DNA from: Octopus sinensis
Lineage: Eukaryota
Assembly: GCF_006345805.1 (NCBI RefSeq)
Contig: NW_021832854.1
Coordinates: 31,922 to 95,921 of the forward strand
Direction of reading: 5' to 3'
DNA: 64,000 bases
The position numbers and the translations under genes were made by a program. Positions 27,953-37,504 of this stretch are shown here, piece after piece; position 1 is the stretch's first letter, and each line of letters begins with the position of its first letter. The notes under the pieces are model-generated. The model saw only the letters and a program-made list of their open reading frames with translations. It was not told the DNA's origin and made no database searches.

Positions 27953-28339
27953 CTAGCAGTATCGCCCGGCGTTGCTCGGGTTTGTAAGGGAAATAACTAT
28001 AAAGCATTTTTAGAGAGTTATAGCCAAAAAAATAGCAAAAAAATGGGGAAAAAAATGATGGTAAATTTTTTTTTGATAGTTAAAAAGGTCGAGTTGCGTC
28101 CGCTAGACCATCTGTGGTTTGTGTTTCTGATTGTCGACCCCATGTCGAATTTATCGATCTTTTTCAGAACTGGGGGAACTTTTCAAAATTTTCGCTGCGT
28201 TAGTTTTGAATTATGATATTGGGCTATGTGTGTGTCAAGTTTCATCAGAATCGGTTGAAAGCCGTGGTCAGGGTGAGGGTACAACCAAACAGACACACAG
28301 AAACACACACAGACAAACTGCCGTTTATATAGAGAGAGA
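27953..28339 (-). mobile_element. Non-autonomous Helitron (copy A)
   Basis: Minus strand starts TC(TCTCTATATAAACGG) after A and ends with hairpin cccgagcaacgccggg, then cgatactg-CTAG, followed by T (A^T target). Confidence 0.8.
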
Positions 28340-28352
28340 TATATATACATAC

Positions 28353-28614
28353 ATAAGACAGTAAGGTGTGATTTGAGGGAGATTTGGCTGCTATTTCTAC
28401 CATGTCTAGCTGCCATGTAGGGGTCTCCCCCATAGGCTCATATATACATAGATAAGACAGTAAGGTGTGATTTGGGGGAAATTTGGCTGCTATTTCTACC
28501 AGGTCTAGCTACCATGTAGAGGTCCCCCCTCATTGGCTCATATATATATATACATACATAAGACAGTAAGGTGTGATTTGAGGGAGATTTGGCTGCTGTT
28601 TCTACCAGGTCTGT
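28353..28614. repeat. About 100-bp tandem repeat, roughly 2.5 copies
   Basis: ataagacagtaaggtgtgatttg(a/g)ggga(g/a)atttggctgct starts at 28353, 28452 and 28558. Confidence 0.9.
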
Positions 28615-28689
28615 TAGGCCTTCTCATGTAAACTCAAGCTTTCTCATGCCTTGAACATAAGACCAAAGCAGAGAATGTATTCTTTTATT

Positions 28690-28890
28690 CTTCTGCTTTT
28701 TCCAGCCATTGGTCTGTGGCCATGCTGGGGCAATGCCTTGAAGAATTGTAGTTTAATGAATCAACTCCAGTTTTATTTTTGTAAGCATTGTACTTATTCT
28801 ATCTGTTTCCTTTGTCAAACCACTAGGTGACAGGGATGTAAACAAACCAACATTCGTTGTCAAGCAGTGATGGAGGACAATCACAAGCAC
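28690..28890 (-). mobile_element. CORE-SINE 3' half, tail type a
   Basis: tggccatgctggggc...tacttattctatc...gttgtcaagcagtgatgg, similar to 8750-8910. Confidence 0.7.
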
Positions 28891-28981
28891 AGACACGCAC
28901 ACACACACACACACATACATGCATACACATATACACACATACATACATACATACATATATATATATGTGTGTATATATATA

Positions 28982-29303
28982 TTGCAGCGTGGAAGGTGTT
29001 TGTAAGCCATTTAAGAAACACACAAAAACCGTTAGATTCACTTCAACATTTAAATTTAATTTGCCAAAATATTTTCCTCGCTTTGAGACCGCGACCTGTT
29101 CACTGACAAAAATATCGTGCTAACAGGTCGCGGTCTCAAAGCAACGAAAATATTTTGACAAATTAAATTTAAATGTTGAAGTGAATCTAATGGTTTTTGT
29201 GTGTTTCTTAAATGGCTTATGAACACCTTCAACGCTGCAACTGTTTTCGTTCCAGCACACGATCTCAGATCAAGTCACTTGCTATGCAAGTACATCTCTG
29301 TAA
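28982..29303. repeat. Long palindrome/foldback element: 119-bp arms, 21-bp spacer and a 63-bp unpaired right extension
   Basis: 28982-29100 versus the reverse complement of 29122-29240 shows about 7 mismatches by manual count; (TA)n arrays flank both sides. Confidence 0.92.
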
Positions 29304-29404
29304 CTATATATATATTTATATATATATATATATATGTATATTGGTAAAAACAGTTAGATAACAAAAGAAAGAAAGAGACCTCAATATTATGTAAATAGAG
29401 GAAA

Positions 29405-29800
29405 TCTTTATATATAAAAGTGAGGTTGTGTGTCTGTCTCCTACGATTTAGATTCCTAACTACTCCCACATTTTGCGGTGCAGTTTAACCAAAACCGGGT
29501 ATCTTATAGTCGTGATTCATATCGAGACCGTCTGGGTATTAGCGCGCGTCTACGATGAGTCTACGATTTAAGAAAAAAATTTACCATCAATTTTTCCCAT
29601 TTTTAATCCATTTTTGACATATATAAGGGAAGTAACTCTCTAAAATTTATTATTATATCTCAGAACGTAAAAAGCTACAGTAACACCCCTCCCCCTTTGT
29701 GGTTAGCCATATTGAGATGGCTATTATACTTTACATCTCTAAAAATGCTTATATAATTATTTCCCTTACAAACCCGAGCAACGCCGGGCGATACTGCTAG
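29405..29800 (+). mobile_element. Non-autonomous Helitron (copy B)
   Basis: A^TCTTTATATATAAAAG 5' end; 3' end cccgagcaacgccgggcgatactgCTAG^T at 29773-29800. Confidence 0.82.
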
Positions 29801-29984
29801 TTTTCATATAAATCAAGGGTAAACCACTTTTTACCCCCACCCATATAGAATACTCAATTGCGAGTTCGCCATGCAATAACTAGCACTTGAGTATATATAA
29901 TTGGGTATACTACCAGCAGTATATTGGATAGGTACTATCCCTTAGTTGGTTTCTCAACCTCTAGCCCATACAAAAATAAATAAA

Positions 29985-30024
<40 letters not shown>

Positions 30025-30029
<5 letters not shown>

Positions 30030-30600
30030 ATACAAAAATGGGACAAGAACGCAAAACATCCAGACAGGTGATACAAAAACGGGACAACACATCCAAACAG
30101 ATGATACAAAGAATACAAGGATGGGTCATTCGGAGTTTTCTATCCTCAGTTGAGTTCAGATTATCTTTGCAATTTCGGCTGGTTATACTCGAGATTGCTC
30201 CAATCTGGCCAGCCCCAAAGAAAAACTAAGCTAAGAGCATTAGATTCCTTGGAAGAAAGCAGCAAATGTATATGAAAACGAGGGTGGAAAAAAAAAAGAG
30301 AAATGTTACATAAATACAAATGCAATTAATAGGACATAATAACAGGTGTCTTTCAACTAAGGACAAATCAAATTTAGCTGGCCTGTGTGAAAGTAAACTC
30401 TTATGGCAGGGATATAAGATTTAACAGGCACAGGGAGGAATATACATGTTGCACAGATGGTAGTCGAACCAAGAAAGAAAGGCCAGGCCTGGCCGAACAC
30501 CGGTCACTTGGGGAGAGAAGAGAGAGAAGTAGAGGCAGAGAAATAGAAGAATTAAGAATTGATTTTTTTCTGATGGTAAGGTATTGCATGGAAAACTAAC
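30025..30600 (-). mobile_element. Probable Penelope-like element terminal (pLTR) fragment abutting (TA)n
   Basis: Its terminus aaatacaaa(a/c)tgggacaagaacgcaaaacat is shared with 34280-34405, and both abut TA/TG arrays. Assignment to PLE is inference. Confidence 0.45.
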
Positions 30601-30727
30601 GTCATAATTAAGTTTCTTAGGGTAACATTAAGCTTCACCATGAGATTGGTGAAAATCCATACATACACCTATATGTAAGTTGCGAAAACTACAACAGAAA
30701 ATGTGTTGCATATAAAAAGCTTAGATT

Positions 30728-30880
30728 CTCGACCCCATGTCGAATTTATCGATTTCTTTCAGAACTGGGGGAATTTTTCAAAAGTTTCGCTGTGTTAGTT
30801 TTAAATTATGACATTGGGCTATGTGTGTGTTAAGTTTTATCAGAATCGGTTGAAAGCCGTGGTCAGGGTGAGGGTACAAC
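30728..30880 (-). mobile_element. Internal fragment of Helitron copy A family
   Basis: cgacccc(c)atgtcgaatttatcgat...gccgtggtcagggtgagggtacaacc matches about 28135-28287. Confidence 0.85.
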
Positions 30881-31114
30881 CTGATTCAGTTTTACTGTGT
30901 GCCACCTTGCACATGTCTTCTGCTACAACTCCAGACTGACCAAAAGCCTTCTAAGTAGATTTAGTAGATGGGAAGTGAAATAAGTCTGTCAGATATGTGT
31001 GTTACTGTTTCTTTGCCTTGACATTGTGTGAAACTTGTAAGTTAGTGTCACTGTCATACAAGCTGTGTGCATACATATATGCACCCATACACACACACAC
31101 ACACACACACACAT

Positions 31115-31345
31115 AGGTGCAGGTGTGGCTGTGTGGTAACAAACTTGGTTCCAAAACACATGGTCCTGAGTTCAGTCCCACTGTGTGGTAACTTGACATG
31201 TGTCTTCTGCTATAGCCTCAGACCAACCAAAGCCTTGTCAGTGGATTTTGTAGACATGTTTCATGTAAATATGTCTGGTCATGGGAAAATATTAACTTAC
31301 TTAGAAACAGATAAAGGTTGGTAAAAGGAAGGTCATCCAGACATA
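31115..31345 (+). mobile_element. CORE-SINE head joined to an RTE-type (type b) tail with internal deletion
   Basis: aggtgcaggtgtggctgtgtgg head; ...aggaaggtcatccagacatagaaaatctg tail. Confidence 0.75.
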
Positions 31346-31816
31346 GAAAATCTGTACATACATACATATATGTGTGTGTATATTTATATATATAAAACTG
31401 AGAATGTGTGTCTGTCTGTGTGAATCCCTAAAACTTGAGAACTACACAACCAATTTCATTTAAATTTTACACATGCCTTACTTAGGGTCCATGTAGTGTC
31501 ATGGGCAAAAACATTTCTTAACTTTTTGCCTAGTGCGAGCCCACAGCAATATCATATCTTCTCCACTATTTCAGTATTATATGTCAAAAGTGAAACAAAA
31601 ACATCTCTCTTTTGTAATGTCACATGCTTTCACTTTAATACTGAAGCTAATAAAGTGAAACTATTATATAACAGGGATGAACTGTAACTGAACATGCTAG
31701 AAGATTCGCTATGGTCTTATATGCTACACCACTGGTTTTAAATTCATATTAATCAAATTAATCAAATCAATATTCAATTTTTCACCCTTATTATTTTGAG
31801 TTTTAATTTACATATA

Positions 31817-31871
<55 letters not shown>

Positions 31872-31872
31872 C

Positions 31873-31933
<61 letters not shown>

Positions 31934-31948
31934 CATGTGTATATATAT

Positions 31949-33539
31949 GGACAGACGGGCCGCCGGTTGTCCGACCGATTCACAGAACATTTGAGGGACG
32001 TTCGCCTACACTCTTTTTCTCCCGTCGCACGCCACTTCCGCTCGGTCAGCCATTCCCTAGATGACATCTCAGTGTTTGGTCTCGCCCCCCATAATGGTCG
32101 TCCACTTTCTAGGCTCCACTTGGAGCAACGCTACATCTTCACCCTACAAACCACTACCCCACACGGACTTAACACAGCCCCCTCCTCTTAGGTTTTTTCT
32201 TTTTTCGGATAAACACCCCACCACACACACACACCTACCTACCTCCCACACGCCTGTTCACACACATACGTATACACATCTACGTACATACATTCACACA
32301 TTTAATCACACATACTTATAGACATACATACACACACTAACATACAAACCAACATGCACATACATACACACACACATACACACTTACACACACAGAGACA
32401 TACATACATACATACATACACACATACACACATACATACGCACATACATACACACATACACACACATCGCACATACATACTTCACACACCTATACTTACA
32501 TACACACACACACATGCACACATACACGTATGCACACACACATACATAGATACATACCTACACATGCACACCTTTACACGAATGCACACACACATACACA
32601 TATTTGCATCCACGCAACCCCGCCCCCCTCCTTTCTGCTTTCTGGTCTTGGTTGATGGATCTTCGGTTCCCGTGGAGCGGGTTGTTTGGGGGTCCGCGCG
32701 CGCTCGCCTTGGCGCGTACTGGGGGTTGGTCGGCCCCATGGACTTGCGTTGTATTGTTTGTGTGTTGTGTGTGTGAGCGTGCTTCGTGTGTGTGGGCGTG
32801 CTTCGTGTGTGTGCGTGTGTATGTATACATACATACACACACACACGCATGCATCCCTACCCACATACATACACACGCACATACTTACACACACACATAC
32901 ACACATAGCCACACACACACATACATACATACACACACATACATACTTAAGACATACACACACACAGACATACACCCATACACTCACACGCATACACACA
33001 CACATATACACGCACACGCACACATACACACACACACACCTACATACATACATACATTACACTTGTACACACACACACTTACATTCATACATACACACAC
33101 CTACACAGCCATACCTTCACTCATACATACACACACACACAAACACACAGACACACACCCATACATACATACACCTATACACACACATACACACACGCAC
33201 ACGTACACACTCACACATACATACACATTATTCTTCCCATTCATCGAGTTGTTACCAACCTTCCTTTTTCCGCCCTTTTTTTCTCTTTAAAAACCAGCCC
33301 CTGTTATCCAAAACTTCCGGCCTTTCAGCATGTTTACTTCGTAAAAACCAGTCGCGTTTTTTTTCTCTCCGTTCGCCCACCTTGGGATCTTTCTTTCTTC
33401 CTTCTCTTATGTTTCCGACGAAGAGCTCCGCTCGAAACGTCATACCCTCCTTCTTCCCTTTTTCTTGAGTGCCTAATAATAATACTTTAATTGTTCCACG
33501 TGTTGCTGTTTTTTCTGTTTTCCCGTTTGGATTAACCTT
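31949..33539 (+). mobile_element. 5'-truncated Penelope-like element inserted in a (TA)n/CATG array
   Basis: 31949-32191 encodes [17 protein letters not shown]...PVARHF...[18 protein letters not shown], the C-terminal part of a PLE GIY-YIG endonuclease. It is followed by a long (CA)/(CATA) tract and a terminal segment carrying a hammerhead motif. Confidence 0.85.
33411..33445 (+). ncRNA. Minimal type-I hammerhead ribozyme motif of the PLE (this copy has U4 to C, so probably inactive)
   Basis: gttt-CCGACGA-A-GAGC-tcc-GCTC-GAAA-CG-TC^-atac: core, 4-bp stem II, palindromic ACGT in place of stem III, and stem I with 1 mismatch. Confidence 0.6.
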
Positions 33540-33561
33540 ATATATATATATATATATATAC

Positions 33562-33606
<45 letters not shown>

Positions 33607-34245
33607 ATATATATAATATATATACATGTGTATATATATATATATATATACATGTGTATATATATATATACATGTGTTTATATATATATATACATGTGTA
33701 TATATATATATATATATACATGTGTATATATATATACATGTGTATATATATATACATATGTGTGTATATATATATACATGTGTGTATATATATATACATG
33801 TGTGTATATATATATACATGTGTATATATATATACATGTGTGTGTATATATATATATGTATATATATATTTATACCTGTGTATGTATATATATATATTTA
33901 TACATGTGTATGTATATATATATATTTATACATGTGTATGTATATATATATATTTATACATGTGTATGTATATATATATATTTATACATGTGTATGTATA
34001 TATGTATATATATATTTATACATGTGTATATATATATGTATATATATATTTATACATGTGTATATATCTATATATATTTATACATGTGTATATACATATA
34101 TATACTCACATGTATATATATACATATATATATATACACATGTATATATATATATATATACACATGTATATATATACATATATATATATACACATGTATA
34201 TATATATATATATACACATGTATATATACACATGTATATATATAC

Positions 34246-34277
<32 letters not shown>

Positions 34278-34280
34278 ATG
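33540..34280. repeat. Complex (TA)n-CATGTG minisatellite with an internal switch of orientation
   Basis: Units tatatacatgtg up to about 34095, then the reverse-complement units tatacacatgta at about 34105-34240. Confidence 0.9.
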
Positions 34281-34405
34281 TAAAAAAATACAAACTGGGA
34301 CAAGAACGCAAAACATTTAGAAGACGATACAAAAACCACGGACGGGACATTTGAAGCCTTCAATCTTCAGTCAAGAACCAGATCATCCTCGCAATTTCGG
34401 CTGAT
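34280..34405 (-). mobile_element. Short PLE-like terminal fragment related to 30025-30200
   Basis: Shared gggacaagaacgcaaaacat and gcaatttcggctg motifs. Confidence 0.5.
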
Positions 34406-34570
34406 ATATAGATGTATATGTATACATGTATATGTATAGATGTATTTCTATAGATATAGATGTTTCTATATACATGTATGTGTAGATGTATATATATATA
34501 GATGTGCATGTAATATGTACACGTATATATATACATGCCTACATATATGCACCCATACACACACACACAT

Positions 34571-34890
34571 AGGTGCAGGTGTGGCTGTGTGGTAACAAAC
34601 TTGGTTCCAAAACACATGGTCCTGAGTTCAGTCCCACTGTGTGGTGACTTGACATGGGTCTTCTGCTATAGCCTCAGACCAACCAAAGCCTTGTCAGTGG
34701 ATTTTGTAGACAGAAACTGAAAGAAATCAATTGTATATATATGTATGTATATATGTAAGTCTATGTGTGTGTCTTTGTGTTTCTCCCTCATCACTGCATC
34801 ACAACTGGTGTTTGTTTATTTACATCCCCATAACTTACTGGTTTCTCAAGAAATTGATACAATAAGTACCAGGCTTATCAAAATAAAAGA
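34571..34890 (+). mobile_element. CORE-SINE, tail type a (truncated)
   Basis: Head near-identical to 31115-31256; continues with tacatccccataactta...aataagtaccaggctt. Confidence 0.78.
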
Positions 34891-35054
34891 AAGCACTAGG
34901 CAGTGTCACATATTTTTGTTTGCCCACTCAGTTGTATCTATCAATTTATCTGTGTGTGTGTGTGTATGGATTTCGTAGACAGGAACTGAAACAAATCAAT
35001 CGTATATATATATGTAAGTGTATGTGTGTGTCTTTGTCTCTGTGTTATTTCTCT

Positions 35055-36221
35055 TATGATCCAAAACTAGGTCAAAAGTACTGAATGGATCTTTATGAAA
35101 TTTGGAAATTATATTATTTGCATAAGGGCCATAACCCCCATGACAATTCATGTATTTTTGCTGTTGATGAAATTTTAACCATAGATATTAGACACAAATG
35201 AAATAATATTTATAAAATTTCATCTTCTTACAAGTTAGAAAGACCCCTCCACAATTTTGTCATTTTATCTAAACAAAGACGAATACAGTTGTACTCTTGG
35301 AAGCTGTAGGGTTACCTGAGCATAAAAGATGAGCATTATTTCTAATTCAATGAGGCATAAATTTTCAAGTAAATGAGAGGCATCTTTGCCTCCACTGATT
35401 CAGTTACAAAGTGTTGAGTAAAGTTGCAGACCTCCTTTCAGTCTTTTTATTATCACTGGGTCACGCATAGTCCCCAGATGGTAACATTGATTTCAAGGCC
35501 TTCCCAGATATGTGACTGGTTATTCAAAGACATTTATAGATTGTAAATTTATTCTGTCCTGTTACATATCAGTATAGTGGTCATTTGCAAACTCCAGAGG
35601 TGACACTTTCATTTCTCCTTAGCCCTCATGTCACACAGTTGTTAATGTTTATTTCAGTTGGGTCACACCCTTCCAATTGCTATAGATTCGTAATGCATCT
35701 TACAGCCGTGCCTGTCACCTGGATGTGAGGAATCCTATATTGGGAGTGGTAACGTGCTTATTGTGATCATTCATCTTTTGGTTTCCTGTAGCTTTGCTCT
35801 CTTTTACAAACCTAGTGAACATATATTTCCTATTTCAAAGAAATTCAAACAATAGATATAAGACCCATGTTAAAAAGATTCTCAACAATTCAACTTCTCT
35901 GCTTGACATTAAGACACCCACCCCCAACAGGGGCCTTAACTCTCATTTTAGAGCTCCATGACCTTCATTTTTCAGGAGCAAAATCCTTTTAACAGGTTCA
36001 GTAAGACTGGAATTTTGGAATATGCGCATGAAAATCAGTAGTATGGGATACATGTGGCACGATTACAATTTTTTTATGGTGTGTAAAGACGGAAATAACC
36101 TTCATCTGCAATTTTGAAGAAATTCGAAACATAGATATTCCAGTTCATTACAGAAAATATAACAGAAAAGTCTAATTCTTCAATTGCATGTAACACGGGC
36201 AACGCCGGGTATCTCTGCTAG
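35055..36221 (+). mobile_element. Probable Helitron with about 1 kb of unidentified internal sequence; 5' end uncertain
   Basis: 3' end cacgggcaacgccgggtatctctgCTAG^T (36194-36221). aaaagtactgaatggatctttatgaaatttgg near 35075 resembles the 5'-proximal motif of the other Helitrons here. Confidence 0.55.
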
Positions 36222-36234
36222 TATATATATATAT

Positions 36235-36550
36235 TTGTATATGCTCATACACAATGGCTTCTTTCAGTTTCTATTTGTCAAATTCCTATATCTATATATA
36301 TGTATGTGTACCACTCCCTTCACAAATTCTGCCCAATGCATGTCAGCATGGAAAAGGGGATGTTAAAATTATGATGATGATGATTGATGCACACACACAT
36401 ACATGCAAAGGGATTCCTTCAGTTACAAGGCTTTTATTTGGCCTGGGGCTATAGTATAAGACTCCCAAAGTGCCATGCAGTGGAACTGAACTTGGAACCA
36501 CATGGCTGAGAAGCAAGCTTCTTAACCACGCAACCATGCCTGCATCTACA
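36235..36550 (-). mobile_element. Degenerate CORE-SINE
   Basis: ggcttctttcagtttc...ggggctatagtataagac...gtggaactgaacttggaaccacatgg...cttaaccacgcaacc. Confidence 0.7.
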
Positions 36551-36639
36551 CAACTGTGGCTGCACCTTCATCGTGGACAGGAAAATATTTTGCCTAATCA
36601 ATTTCAAATCTTCAATAATAAATATTTCAAATTTTGACA

Positions 36640-36785
36640 CAAGGTCACCAACACCACTACTCAGCTGGTACTTGATTTATTGACCACCAAAGAAAAATAG
36701 GCAAAGCTGACCTCTGCAGAATTTGAACTCAGTATGTAAGGATGGATGAAGCATTTTGCCCAGCATGCTAATGGGTCTGCTAGCT
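36640..36785 (-). mobile_element. Third tRNA-derived SINE family (fragment)
   Basis: Minus strand gttagcatgctgggcaaaatgctt...ctgagttcaaattctgcagaggtcagctttgcc...aataaatcaagtaccag; related copies at about 17860-17950, 52385-52560 and 61035-61215. Confidence 0.65.
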
Positions 36786-37504
36786 AACCTTTCTGTTCTG
36801 TTGCCTAGAGTGTTAACCATATTTGTAACAAGAAAGCCCGTGTAAGACATTTTTATCTTTAATACATCTATCTTATATAATTTTTTTTCTTTTTTAAGTA
36901 AATATATGTTTGTTATCAGTATATATTTCTTAAGATTTACTAGTAAACAATAAATCAAGAACAGCTGTTCTATAAAGAGTTCATTGGTCCAGAGTCCATG
37001 TTGTAAGCAAATCATTATCTTATCATAAATATTACTTGGCTTCTCTCTCATTTCCTTCATTCATTAGCCTCAATTTACTCAGTTTACATAAATACTTTGT
37101 TTCTTTTTATTTGTTGTTTTTTCTTTTGTTTTCTTGTTATTGGATTTTCCAACTGATAATGTCAAATTTAGTTTTCAAAGTTACATCTAAATCTATTATG
37201 CTAAATATAGGAATCTGGCAGTTTAACAATAAAATGATATTTAGTAAAAATAAATAATGTTTAGGAGGCAGATAGGTATGATATATGTGAGAGTAAAATT
37301 GCTCTGTGAGTATTGGAAGAAATGAGCTTCCAATGATATCACCAATATTATAGATAACTATTAGCTACAATTCTTTTTAATGTTTTTTTATTCATTTAAG
37401 AAAAACAAATTAGATGAATGTAGTGTGTGTGTGTGTGTATGCATACAAACATGCTTATAAAACTGATGCTTTAATTTTTCTTTAACATACCACTGCAGAT
37501 ATAA

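Noticed and set aside
32354-34363. Many long ORFs (up to 283 aa) rich in Y/I/H/T/C/V
   Set aside because: These are translations of (TA)n, (CA)n and CATG minisatellites that lack stop codons. The same applies to ORFs near 8890-9236, 28753-29123 and 42602-43227.
30120-34400. Additional hammerhead-like motifs on the minus strand at about 30120-30150 and 34340-34375, and on the plus strand at about 8505-8535
   Set aside because: CTGA(A/G)GA-like words are present, but stem II, GAAA or NUH are broken, so they are too degenerate to call.
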